Assembly (NCBI GenBank): GCA_951406725.2
Contig: OX597824.1
Coordinates: forward strand, 51,832,001 to 51,896,000
Direction of reading: 5' to 3'
DNA: 64,000 nucleotides
From: Octopus vulgaris
Taxonomy: Eukaryota
Shown here: positions 40,441-54,008 of the stretch, piece after piece
How positions within the stretch are numbered: position 1 is the stretch's first letter
Layout of the letters: each line of letters starts with the position of its first letter
The notes under the pieces: model-generated
Told to the model about the DNA's origin: nothing
Seen by the model: the letters and a program-made list of their open reading frames with translations, nothing else
The model's database searches: none
Position numbers and translations under genes: made by a program

Positions 40441-40537
40441 GTTTCTGTGATGACCCATTGCAATTAGGTATTCAAATCGATTTGGAACACCCAACGCTAA
40501 GTTCCAAATTGTTTAAAAGGTGAACGTACGTAGGAAC
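40441..40537 (+). ncRNA. Degenerate inverted paralogue of the 40270-40366 hammerhead
   Basis: GUUUCU-GUGAUGA-CC...GG-U-GAA-CGUACG-UA-GGAAC; shares the inner UUGGAAC/GUUCCAA stem. Confidence 0.55.
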
Positions 40538-40726
40538 TATTACTTTGTAATTGTTTTAATTTTCTAACCTTCCATTACATATGCTCTGCATATAGTAACT
40601 AGTAACAGTATTAAGTACAGTGGCAGTCTAACTACTTTAGGAAGCTGACTGGATAATGATAATCTATGCGGTACTCTGACACAATAGTAGTCATATATCT
40701 AACTGTAAACACACACACACACACAG

Positions 40727-40762
<36 letters not shown>

Positions 40763-41054
40763 GGAAAATCAAAAAAATAAATTCTTCGTAATGTATTATA
40801 TAACTTCATTTGATTCAGAACCGGTTTTACACATAAGTTTCTATCGAATTTTTGCATGCACGATGGGCTCTATTGATGAAATAAAGAAATAATCCTCCTC
40901 CTCCTCCTCCTTCTTCTTCTTCTTCTTCTTCTTCTTCTTCTTCTTCTTCTTCTTCTTCTTCTTCTTCTTCTTCTTCTTCTTCTTCTTCTTCTTCTTCCTC
41001 GTCTTCTTCTTCCTCTCCTTCTTCTTCTTCTTCTTCTTCTTCTTCTTCTTCTTC

Positions 41055-41149
<95 letters not shown>

Positions 41150-42019
41150 TTTAGTTAACATCGGATCAAATACCCGTCGAGGTTGAATTTGCCATTCATC
41201 TTTGAACATTGGGGATCGATATAAAAGACTAGTCCCCTTCCCAAAAATTTCAGGCCTTGTGTCTATAGTGGAAAAAAGACGCAAAAATATCTTTATCATC
41301 ATCATCATCATAAATTTTACGGAACCGAAGATTGGGTCATCGTATTGTATAGTGTCGCAAAATGAGTAAGGAATTCTGATTTCATCTCTGTACGGTTCTA
41401 TTAGATGCAGTTAGTGGTACAGGGCTAAAACACGAAGAAAACGTTGTAAGTGTGCGGTGTCAATTGCTAGAAGCAATCCAACGATGAAATATGATCGTTA
41501 ACATATCATTGTATATTCTGCTCAATCTTTCAACTATAATACTTAGTTTTTCATATGTGCGCGCGCGCGCGCGTGTGTGTGTTTAATGACATTTTTTAAA
41601 GGAAGCTTGACTTAAAAAAGCAGCAACAAAAGGACAGCTTGGCTCAACCAATTATCCCCTTCTCTCGTCTCAACCGAGCTCCGCCCATCTTCGCATCCGC
41701 CTCATCCCCGCCTTTATCTCTACTACGTCCTGATTCCTGTTAATTTCAGGTCACTGCACACAATTAACACTTCTCTAAGCTGTGACAAATTATATGTTAG
41801 TCGCTATCATTCGTTCTTTCGTTTCTTTCTTTTTCTCTTCTTTCCTTCTTTCCTTCCTTCCTTCTTTCTTTCTTCATTTCTTTGTTCCTTTCTCTGTCTG
41901 TCTGTCTTTGTCTGTCTGTCTGTCTCTCCCTCTCTCTCTACTCTCCCATTTCTTTTCCACTATTTTTGACTAGTTAAATATTAAAAAATAATTTAAAAAA
42001 AAATTTATTAATTCATGAA

Positions 42020-42610
42020 GTGTAAGCAAAACAACGAGAATCCAATCAATAGCTATTCATTCTGAATGAACACGAGATACGAACGTGAATCCCTGATCGC
42101 TGTAGCTTTTGATCATCAGAAAACAATTTCTGCTTATAGACGATTTGGGTTCGTAAGTCACGTGATTCACCGGTGTTGGGGAATTTTTAGATACTGCGTA
42201 GTTTCAACCTCATTGTGTGTTTCCTCAATCAAAGCTACCCCGCCGGACCGCTCGTGCTCTTGCCTGTATTCTCGCTGTTCTGCAAGCCCCCAACGAAGTA
42301 TTATCTGTTTGGCAGACATCGGCACACACCAGTAATTTGTTAGCTGATAACTACAAACAACTACTCGTGCTCATACCAGATTCATTGGTCCGGTGGGAAA
42401 GTTTTGACTGGGGAGACACACAACGAAGTCGTAATATCCCACAGTGCCTCAAAGTCCCCTTACACCGGTGAATCACATGTATTAACAACACACATCATCT
42501 AAAGATAGGGTGTGTCCTCCGATGACGAAAAGCAACAATGATTAGATATTACGTTCGAATCGACAAGAACGTTTTAAAGAATGAATTGATACTTTGTTAT
42601 TCGTTTTATT
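42020..42610. mobile_element. Old palindromic element (~230-bp diverged arms), probably a MITE
   Basis: GTGATTCACCGGTGT/ACACCGGTGAATCAC, CCGGACC/GGTCCGG, TGTGTGTTTCC/GGAGACACACA, CGAACGT/ACGTTCG. Confidence 0.75.
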
Positions 42611-42731
42611 TATTATGTTCAGTTTTGATTATTGGATTTTTCTTTTATCTGTTTAATGCATTTTTAATATTACGGAGATGTACTTGCATAGCAAGTGACT
42701 TAATCTGATATCGTGTGCTGGAACGAAAACA

Positions 42732-42996
42732 ATTGCAGCGTGGAAGGTGTTTATAAGCCATTTAAGAAACACACAAAACCGTTAGATTCACTTCAATATT
42801 TAAATTTAATTTGTCAAAATATTTTCGTCGCTTTGAGACCGCGACCTGTTCACCTGTTCATGATGCAGCACGAAGCTTTGTCAGTGAACAGGTCGCGGTC
42901 TCAAAGCGAGGAAAATATTTTGACAAATTAAATTTAGATGTTGAAGTGAATCTAACGGTTTTGTGTGTTTCTTATAAACACCTTCCACGCTGCAAT
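42732..42996. mobile_element. Head-to-head inverted pair of Penelope-like units, each with a G3-C8 hammerhead-like motif (42810-42853 minus; 42877-42927 plus)
   Basis: Arms 42732-42853 / 42884-42996; UUUGUCA-GUGAACA-G-GUCGC..GCGAC-GAAA-AUAU-UU-UGACAAA (composite of the two arms). Confidence 0.7.
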
Positions 42997-43066
42997 CATT
43001 TTTAATATATTTCTTGCCAATACGATGTGGTGTGAATAAATGTGAGTCTGAGTGTGTATTTGTATG

Positions 43067-43113
<47 letters not shown>

Positions 43114-43138
43114 TATATATATATGTGTGTGTGTACAG

Positions 43139-43180
<42 letters not shown>

Positions 43181-43237
43181 ATACATATACATATATATAC
43201 ATATACATATATACATATATAAATACATATATATATT

Positions 43238-43285
<48 letters not shown>

Positions 43286-44520
43286 CATATATACATGTAT
43301 GTATATATATACATATATACATACTTACATGTGTTTGCAAAACAAACAAGGAAAGACTTAATATATATATATATATATATATATAATAATTTGAAAATAA
43401 TTAAAGTATGAATGAAAAAATATAAATATATAATCCATATATATATATAATAAACCTTTACATAAATAAATAACGTGAAATACACGAAGGGACGAACAAA
43501 AAGACAAATGGGTCATTCAAAGCCTTCATTCTTCAGTCAGAAACTGATCCCTCATCATCAGTGGCGACTCCGGCACTCGGGCTGTTTGGATCTAGCCCGA
43601 GCATAAATTTAGTAAAATGAACGTATATTTGCAAGCTGATTTAATTTCTGCCAACACTGACTTCAAGTATGTAATTGCAGCCAATAACTCGATAACTGGT
43701 CGTAGTTCATTTATTTTCGTTCAGCGTCTGGCAGTTCTGTCTCAAAAATATCATTTGTAGTGACATCAATCCCACGCGCCTGACTCGGGCTCAGAAGTTA
43801 CAGCTCGAGTTGTTATCTATTATCGCAAAACTTAAAAGTAATTCAAATTCAGTGTTTTCTTGAAGCAATAAATTGCTATAGAGATTAGGATTTAAATTGC
43901 AATCCATGGAAAGTTTTCTCTCTACAGTATTCTTAAAGGAACGAAAGATTATCCAGCAATTCGGGCTAATACGAACGAGCTTAGTGGGTGTAAAAGACTA
44001 ACTGGTATCTCTTATCAAGGCGACAGTCAGATCACTGATATTTGTGCGCACTCCGCTGTCTTTATTTGATTGTTGTTATTCTGTGCGTCTGTGTATAAAG
44101 ATCAGCTGTGTTTCTCAGGGTTGCTTTATTTTTACCCTTAACTTAGAAATGGAAAAGGACTACATATAAAAAAAAAAAAGCAATTTGAGGCTAGAAATAT
44201 AGCGGAAAAATGTGAAGTCTCGGACAGGCATGTGCCTTATGCGAAATCTGTGATGGAACCACCTCTGATGAATATATATATATATATATAAATTAAAAAT
44301 TTTAAATTTAAGTAATTTAATTTAAAATTTTATATTTTATATATTTTGTATATTATATTAATTATATTTATTTTTAGGTTTTGGTTTATGTTTTTCACTG
44401 TTTGATTTGCCTAATAGTGGTTTTATCTCTAATTTAATTTATATTTATACTGTGAAATTTGATTTAATCCTAAATCTAATTTTTCCCTGTAAGTTTGGAT
44501 TCACTCCCTAATATTATTAT

Positions 44521-44573
<53 letters not shown>

Positions 44574-44579
44574 CTGTAG

Positions 44580-45660
44580 GGGTTATTTGAGGACACTTTG
44601 TTATCAGTATATTACTCTCTTCAAACCAATTAAATGGTTTCATTTTTCATTCAGATCGTTCGTGGTAGATAAAATGCTAATACAAGAAATGAAGACATGT
44701 CATATGTGCGAAACACAAAGATTTAGAATTATTTTCTAAATTTTGAAAGATCTTTTGTAGAGCAAGTTCGGATAGAACTGGAAACCTCTGGTGGAAAGGG
44801 TTCAACCTTATCAATCAAGAAAAAAAAGCAAAAACATTCTAGACGTTCTAGACATCATAAGGACACTGCATTTTTTCATCTAACGGGTTCAAAATATTAT
44901 CAACGATGATTCCGGGAAAACGATATCGGCCATCGACAAAGAATTTCAGGTGTCGAAGTGGACTGTTAGAACTGTGGTGCACGAAGAGCTTCGATAAAAG
45001 TCAAATGTACTGTGAAAAGGCCAATTTATGTTTGCAAAATAGAGGAAAACTGTTTGATCTGTGCCAGCGGTTAATTAATAAGGTTAAAAATGCTTATGAA
45101 CATGGCATGATAAGAAAAACTTCGATGAAAATTCTAACGGAAAATAACAGATGGTTTGTGCAAATATTACCGATATCTTCAGAGTGATGCACACTAAGTT
45201 TTCAACAACTATAGTGGTTTTAGGAGCAGTGAGTAATTAAGGTCATATCATGCTACCTCGCATGTTTCCACAGAGTTTTAGAATTAATGTTGCTGAATGC
45301 GCTGTGATACTGGAGACAGTTGTTAAGCCTGGGATAAATGAAGTATGCAGTGGAAAGCCATACGTGCTTCAACGAAAATCAACACCTTGTCTCAAACCTC
45401 ACGTAATCTCAAGAATGGATGTCGTATATTCGCTATGATCCTGTAACACCAAACTTGTGGCCTCCAAACTCACTGTTATTAAATCCAAACGTTCGGAACG
45501 TCGTCGAAAGGGAGTCAGCATCTTCACAATACCATAACTTTGTCCTCGTAACGTCCGAAATGCATATGGACCTTTTAGTGCAAGCAGTTAACGGTCCCGG
45601 TTCTGCATTGAAGCAGATATCGAAGCAGAAGGCGAATTCATAGAGTAAACGTATAAGAAA
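44580..45660 (+). pseudogene. Decayed DD37D (maT-like) Tc1/mariner transposase
   Basis: VVLGAVS..GH.M.P..F, LETVVKP.I..V.SGKPYV.Q, LWPPNS..LNP. Confidence 0.7.
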
Positions 45661-45943
45661 GTTTATTGAGAACATATTCATTAAAATACAGTTTTAGTTA
45701 CATTAGAGTTATTTATTAGCTAATCAAATATATCTTGAAATGCATTTTGTGTGTGAGTGTGTGTAAGTGCGTGTGTGTGCATGTATGTATGCGTGTTGAT
45801 ATATAAATGTGTATATATGTGGTGTATACACACATGTCTGTAAGCAAACCAAAAGTAAAAAAAAAAAGGAAAAACAGGAAAGATAAGGTCAGATTTACAG
45901 AGTGAATATATTAGATTAACGCTCAGTGAAAGTTTTAGATGGA

Positions 45944-45980
<37 letters not shown>

Positions 45981-46512
45981 AAAGAAAGAGTATGTCCATG
46001 CCTGTATGTATGTATGTATGTGTGCATGTATGTATGTGCCCAACACATTACAACTACTATAACAACAACAGTGACATCAAATTTTGGCATAATTTCGAGG
46101 TAGGGGCAAAGTTGATTACATCGACCCCAGTGCTCAGCTGGTACCCATTTTATCGACTCCGAAACGATGACTGGTGAAGTCAACCTCGGTGGCATTTGAA
46201 CTCAGAACGATTCTGCGAGCTTATTGCCCTAATAATAATAATGATGATGATGATAATAATAATAATAATAACAACAACAACATCAACGACAACAGCAAGA
46301 ACAACAACAACAACAACAACAATAAATGCCCTGATGCAGTACCAGACAGTGGCTCTCATGGATACTTATCTTAACTGAGTGGAAGTGTTATCATGTACAT
46401 TGTTTTGTCTTTGTATAAAAGATGGACTACAGCAAATATTCTGCTCAAAACCACATATTTGTTTGTCACTTGCTTAGCCTTAATAAGTCAAGCATGTCCC
46501 TCGCTACCTTAA

Positions 46513-46648
<136 letters not shown>

Positions 46649-46664
46649 CAGCAGAATGTCATAA

Positions 46665-48198
46665 AGGAGTTAGAACCAGCGGAGAGAACAAATACCTAAG
46701 GGCATTTGAGGGTGATGGAATCAAACATTCAATGGTGTGGGAAAGGATCAGAAGAGAATGTTATCGCAGAGTAAGCGCAATACTCAAGGCAGAGCTGACT
46801 GCAAGAAATACGAAACGATCAATACTTTAGCCATACCGGTTGTAACTTACAGTTTCACTATCATTAATTGGTCAATTACTGAAATATGTAATCTCGATGG
46901 AAAAATATGAAAATTGTTGACAATGCATATAATGCACAACCCTAAGGTAGATATAGAACGACTTTACCTGCCAAGAAATGAGAGTGGTCGTACTTTTTGC
47001 TACTGGAATTAACATTGAAAATTGTCACAATTGGCCTAAGCACCTACCCGAAAAACTTTGAGTACTGGATGTTAAAACTTATCTTAAAGCATGAAAACAA
47101 AAAAGCATCCTACTCAGTAACAAAAAAAGATAAAGGAATATCAAAGTGAATTCCAAATACAACAAATTCCAGAATTAGACGAAGTGGAAACGAGCACAGA
47201 AATAGCTAAGCATTTGAAAACACGTACTAAAACTGCTGCCTTATATATTCTTATTGATAAATGACAAGAGAAACCTCTCAATGGCAAATATCCAAAGAGA
47301 GCTAATAGTGCCGTTGTTGAAAAATCCCTTACCCGTCAACGGTTAGTGTCTTCTGGCTTAAAATCAGAAACAGAATGGTTTATCATAGCAGCCCAAAAAC
47401 AATGCCTACCTACAAGGAACTACCAGGTCAACAAATTAAAGAACGGCAGCTGCCCAACATGACGTGTATGTTAAGAACGAAATGAAACTATTGATCATGT
47501 TGCCTCTGTGTGCAGTCTTCTTGCGACTTCAGAGTATCTCAACAGGCATTGATAGAGCAGAACAATATATTCACTGGGTAATTTGCAAAAACCTGGACCT
47601 GCCCCATGATGGTGGGAACACAAACCACCTCCAGTGCTTAATAGTAATTACAGTTTACTCCTCTTCACCATTCAAACTGGCAGAAAGATAGATGCGAATA
47701 GGCCAGACATTATATTGAAAGACTTCAGACAAAAAACATGCCTCCTCATTGATATGACTGTCCCAATCGACATAAATGTGTCAGTCAAGACCTACAAAAC
47801 TGAGTAAGTATAAAGACCTTGAAATAGAAATTGGCAAAATGTGGAGCCCCCAAACTAAAACAGTACCTGTTGCCATAGGTGGCCTAGGAATGATAGCAAA
47901 AGGGGCTGCTTTCTACCTAGCTAAGATATCAGGAAACCCCCAAATGGCAGGAATTCAAAAGATAGTGCTCATGGGAACTGCCCATATCCTACGTAAAATA
48001 CTGTCTATGTTATCTCAAATTTTAAAACAAACTCATAATTTTCTTGCTTTCTTAAACAATCTCGAGAAGAATACTATTTGCAAATCCAAATATATGACAC
48101 CCTAGGCATAACACCAACATGAACTTTTAACTCGTCTCTTGAGGTCTCTGGTTAAGACTTTGAGCCAACTTGTACAAATACAAAGCAAAAGTCAGACA
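46665..48198 (+). pseudogene. R4/Dong-like LINE fragment, family D
   Basis: MHNPKVDIERLYLPR, LKSETE.FIIAAQ, RPDIIL, KLSKYKDLEIEI, IQKIVLMGTAHILRK; (AAT)n both sides. Confidence 0.88.
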
Positions 48199-48202
48199 TA
48201 TG

Positions 48203-48271
<69 letters not shown>

Positions 48272-48371
48272 GTGAGTAAAGACGGACGAAATGCCGTCAA
48301 GCATTTTGTCCGATGGGCGAATGATTCTGCTAGCTCGCCCACTTCATAACAATAATAATGATAATAATAAC

Positions 48372-49178
48372 AGCCCTGATACAGTACTAGGCAGTGGATC
48401 TCGTGGCTCCTCATCTGAACTGATTGGTAATGTTATCGTGTATATTGTTTTGTCTAGGTATAAAAAATGGGCTACTGCAAATATTCTGCTTAATACCACA
48501 GATTTATTTGTCAGTTGCTTGAGCTTAACCAGATGAGCACATCCCTTAGTGGTTGACGATATGTGCATCTCTGATCACGAGCAGAAGTAGTGGGGGACCA
48601 TCATAACCATGTATTGGAAGGAATTCTTTGGGTTCTGGATAATTCACCTCTGGAAACATGGATGTGTCGTTCAACATCCTTAAACAACACTTATTCAGGG
48701 ACCTTTTGAGCAGGATGGGCTACTCGATCTGACGAAAATTCTTACTGGGCCCCACCTGCAAGGTCATGCGGTATTTATGTTGATATAAAGGCGGCGAGCT
48801 GGCAGAAACGTTAGCACGCCGGGCGAAATGCCTTGCGGTATTTCGTTTGCCGTTACATTCTGATTTCAAATTCCGCCGAGGTCGACTTTGCCTTTCATCC
48901 TTTCGGGGTCGATAAATTAAGTACCAGTTACGCACTGGGGTCGATATAATCAACTTAAGCCGTTTGTCTGTCCTTGTTTGTCCTCTCTGTGTTTAGCCCC
49001 TTGTGGGTAGTAAAGAAATAAGTATTTATGTTGATATGAAATCACCATGTCGCACACATATAATTGTGATGCATGTGCCTGGTGTACCCTTATCAGACTT
49101 GTAGTCATGATGGGTATACTTTGCTTCGTATATTTTACCCCAGTGTCACTTTGATGGCATGCACTGCTCTCTCACTCA
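48372..49178 (+). mobile_element. ~550-bp non-coding (AAT)n-flanked element interrupted by a SINE; partial copies at 46326-46503 and 6595-6810
   Basis: GCCCTGAT.CAGTAC start and GCTCTCTCACTC-AATAAT end; internal homology with the partial copies. Confidence 0.75.
48787..49021 (+). mobile_element. Full-length family-1 SINE with 16-bp TSD GTATTTATGTTGATAT
   Basis: TSD at 48771-48786 and 49022-49037; A and B boxes. Confidence 0.92.
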
Positions 49179-49190
49179 ATAATAATGATA

Positions 49191-49280
<90 letters not shown>

Positions 49281-49589
49281 GAGTCTCGTCCTTAAAATTA
49301 ACGTAATCGACTACTTATAGGGCAATATATCAACCCTAGATAGAGTAAGAAGGTAAACTCCAGCTTGCCAGGCAGTCCAGGTCTAGTGTTTCTCCGCAGG
49401 TCAGTTCGTAATCGTTCTGAATTCACTGTATTGGTCTTAGGAAATGCTATGAACAACGAGCAATCCTATTTCCTTTCAATTTGAAAGAAAGCAATAACAA
49501 CAACATAACAAGTATACAGTAAATTACCTTAAAATGAATTAGCTTCACAAAACCCGGGGCTGTTACTTTCAAAGCTCAAGTGATACCCA

Positions 49590-50150
49590 CGATAAAATAA
49601 CATTACCGTAATGGACACTCTGCTGCCACTGCACACAGAAATCCTAGACGGTATCCATCGAAAGTCTACCCGACTCATAGGCATTAAGCTGCTCTGCAAA
49701 ATACTCCAAAACTGGCCGATACCTAAGGGGTCTCCTCACGCTACATCTGGAATCGCGACAACACAGACCTCTTTTTAGATCTGTCTGGTGCCGAGTCACT
49801 CATCTTTTTCTTTTTACTACGCATCTCTTTATTACGCATATTGTATAAACCCCATCCCAAACAAATACCTATTTCTTTACTACCCACAAGGGCTAAACAC
49901 AGAGAGGACAAACAAGGACAGACAAACAGATTAAGTCAATTACATCGACCCCAGTGCGTAACTGGTACTTAATTTATCGACCCCGAAAGGATGAATGGCA
50001 AAGTCGACCTCGGCGGAATTCTTTCAACCAATCCTCTAGAATTCGTTCTACATCTATATTTTGCCCCACAGCCGCCAATTTGCAGCTATTCAAGTGGAGT
50101 GTTCACTGTGAAAATCTGATGGCTTTTGTAGAGCCTTTCTCAGAACAGTG
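49590..50150 (+). pseudogene. Decayed CR1/Jockey-group LINE 3' fragment, interrupted by a minus SINE (49862-50020)
   Basis: HTEILDGIHRKSTRLIG resembles the LD.IQR.A.RLI motif. Confidence 0.4.
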
Positions 50151-50861
50151 GATTCAAAGGCAGCATTGTCTCCACATTAATGAAGACAAGCGAGGAGTAT
50201 GAGGAGTATGAGGAGTATGAGGAGGAGGAGGAGAAAGAAGAAGAAGAAGAAGAAGAAGAAGAAGAAGAAGAAGAAGAAGAAGAAGAAGAAGAAGAAGAAG
50301 AAGAAGAAGAAGAAGAAGAAGAAGAAGAAGAAGAAGAAGAAGAAGAAGAAACGTCCTTAATAGTTTTGAATGGCGGCTGCTGTGGGGATGGTTGTTTTGA
50401 GAAGCACTGTTAGAACGTATTCTCTTTGTCAAGACTGAAGGATGAGATTTGACTGCGATCTAACCGCAAAATCTAGCATGGCGAATGACCACGCCGAGGA
50501 TCCATAATAAAGAATGGCGGTGATAGTGATGGATGCCGGGGAGAAAGTTTGGGTTGGGGAAGGGGTGGAGAGTCATGATACAAATGATAGTGAGGGTGAT
50601 AGGGGTGGAGGTAGTGTTGGTCTTGATGATGGTATAGATGATAAGCGATAGTGGTGTTTACAGGGTGACAGCAGTGAGTGATGTGAAGAAAAGGGTGGAG
50701 GTATTAAGAAGATAAAGTTGCAGGAGAGGGTGTACTTATGGAGGAGGTAATTAATAATAATAATGACGTCGAAGTGAAAAAGTGACTGATAACTGCGCGT
50801 GTGTGTATGTGTGTGTGAATGTATATAAGGATACATATATATTTCATATATATATATGTGT

Positions 50862-50909
<48 letters not shown>

Positions 50910-51066
50910 GTATATAAATTATATATATATATATGTGTATATATTCATGAATGTATTTATCTATGTGTACATACACAGGTATTTATATACGTGTTTACAT
51001 GCATGCATACATACATACATACATTCAAGTATGTATATTTATATTTGTGTATGTGTGCGTATAATT

Positions 51067-51097
<31 letters not shown>

Positions 51098-51575
51098 TAT
51101 TTTCTTTCTTTGAATTCTCTTAATATTGAATATAATTCTTACATTTTCCCCTAAAGAGAGAGAAATATACCGAACGATCAAAAGATCTGCAAAAGATAGA
51201 AAGCGAAGGGAAATATGCTAGCACCCAAAACTGATTTCGCTTATGTCTTCGACATTGCATTTCTGCGATATACATTTAGGCTTCTTTAAATAAGAATAAA
51301 TTAAATAAATAGATTAAAGCCGTTTTTCTTATTATTTTCCTTAACATATTTCAAAATTTGGAGATGTAAGCTTTCGATATCATGATATTGGACATTTTGA
51401 GGTTTTCGTCTCTCAAACTTTCTAGATTCTGATATTTCGATCTTTTAAAATTCCACCATCTTGCGTTCAGCCTTCTCGCATTCGATCTTATGATCGGCAT
51501 ACACATACACAAACACTCGCACAGATGCGCACACACATCCACACACATACACACGCATACAGACTTACACACACA

Positions 51576-51678
<103 letters not shown>

Positions 51679-52182
51679 TACAAACTTACATGCATACACA
51701 CATACATGCACACATATAGATATATATATACATATGTATATAAGCATGTATATATGTAAGTGTGTATGTATGTGTGTGTATGTGTGTGTGTATGTATGTA
51801 TTTCTCTGCGAGAGAAGGAGGTTCATTATATTGTTTGTAATGCTGAGGTGGGCGTTGGGAGATGTTAGTGCGGGAGGGGGTTGAAGATTGAGGGGTAAAG
51901 GAGTAGGTGGTATGAAAGAGAAGGGAATATGATGGCTATAAATGATTATGATAACGATAAAACAAATAAGATAAATATAAAAAATAAACAAAGATGTTGA
52001 TGTATAAGTGGATAGAACGCGTGGGAATTAATACTTATATATTAGTTAGTTGACAGTAGCGATGACGATGATGATGACGATGACGATGATGATGATGATG
52101 ATAATGACTATGGTAAAGGTGGAAGGAGTGATAAATGTGATATTGATAATAGGAGGAATGTTGTTGTTATTGATGATGTTGG

Positions 52183-52254
<72 letters not shown>

Positions 52255-52542
52255 CGACGACGACGACGACGACGACGACGATGATGATGATGATAGGGGG
52301 ACGGAGAGAAGGCGAAACTTAAAAAAACCCAAAAAACATTACAAAAATAAATAAAATGACGAGGACGATGAAAAACAGCAGCTCAAGCAGCAGATACAAC
52401 ACTCGTAATAATAATTATTATAAAAAAGATCATTATTGAATTTACTCTTATGATTTTGAAGTAGTTATGAACAGGTTTAAAATATTTGTTATACGCATTA
52501 ATACGAATGTACACTGACTTGTGTGTGCGTGTGTGTGTGTGT

Positions 52543-52598
<56 letters not shown>

Positions 52599-52831
52599 TG
52601 AGAAAGAGACAGAAAGATAGATATATGCGTATATATATGTATATATATATATATATATACATATATGAATATATTAACATATTTATGATTTATGACGTAC
52701 GTGTATTTATATATAAATATGTATATATACGTGTAAGTACTTACCTACATGCACACATACATTCTTTATCATACATACACATATACGCTTAACATTTTCT
52801 TTGGTACGCTGGTATTTCTGATGGATATACG

Positions 52832-52862
<31 letters not shown>

Positions 52863-53084
52863 ATACATACATACATACATTCATACATACACACACAGAC
52901 ATATATATGTATGTATATACCGTGTGAACCATTCATCATTGGACAAAACAGAAAGGTTCGTTAGAAAGATACATCAACTGATTTTACACACACAGGTAAT
53001 ACAGGAAGGAAATGGAAAAAGAATATAACACACACACACACACAAATAACAAACATGCGCGCGCGCGTGTGTTTGTGTGTGCAA

Positions 53085-53370
53085 AGTCGCGTGGGATAGT
53101 GGTAAGCTTGTTGCGGTCGCGATCGCAAGATCATAGTTTCGACTCCCAAACCGGCAGTGCGTTGTGGTCTTGAACAAAACACTTCATTTCATGCTGTTTC
53201 AGTTCACTCAGCTGTAAATGGATGGTAACCCTGTGATGGACTGCCGTTCTGTTCAGGGGCAATGTCTGTCTGCCCGCCTAGCCAGCGGAGTGGCATCATT
53301 CGAAAACTTAAACAATGCGAAGCGCGTATTGACGGCTGTATATAACAACATCCGATAGTTTGGTAAACAC
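53085..53370 (+). mobile_element. tRNA-derived SINE family 2; minus copy at ~55490-55728
   Basis: A box (TAGTGGTAAG), B box (GTTTCGACTCC), shared CTTGA.CAAAACACTTCATTTCA body. Confidence 0.8.
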
Positions 53371-53629
53371 CACACAATATACATGTGTGTGTGTGTATGT
53401 GTGTGTGTGTATGTGTGTGTGTGCTCGTGCGTACCTGTGTGCGTGTGTGTGTACGAATATATGTATGTTGATATATATATATATATATGAATCTATCTAT
53501 TTATCTATCTGTCTAGCTATTTATCAATCTATCTTTCTCTCTCTCTCTCTCTCTTTCTCTCTGTATGTGCGCCCGTACGTGTGTGTATGTGTACGAATAT
53601 ATGTGTGTATGTATGTACGTGAGTGTGCG

Positions 53630-53670
<41 letters not shown>

Positions 53671-53739
53671 TTATTTAATTTGTATAATTATATCATCTAT
53701 CTATCTATCTATCTATATTTCTGTGTGTGTGTCTGTTTG

Positions 53740-53772
<33 letters not shown>

Positions 53773-54008
53773 CTGTGTAAGATCTTGCCCTCATATTTTG
53801 GGTTGTTTTCAAAGTCATCTTTAACAGTTACATATCCATATTTATATATTTTTGATTCACGATTGTAATTGTTCCAAAACCAAAACAAAAATTGCTATTT
53901 TCAACCCTTAAACGGCGGGAAAGGGTTGCATGAAAGTGTCTGCCGAATGGGAACCCCCCCCCAAAAAAAACAAAAACAACTATCACTTTTTCTTAGGGGT
54001 GTTTTATA

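Noticed and set aside
42095-42545. CTGATGA/CCGATGA in the arms of the old palindrome as hammerhead cores
   Set aside because: No stem II-GAAA-stem III-NUH arrangement
43500-43545. Hammerhead-like CUGAAGA on the minus strand (similar weak cases at ~13040, ~22140, ~40815, ~51230)
   Set aside because: Too many core or stem defects to support by eye
43558-43812. hAT-like end CAGTGGCG with CCCGAG/CTCGGG motifs
   Set aside because: No matching second TIR or 8-bp TSD found
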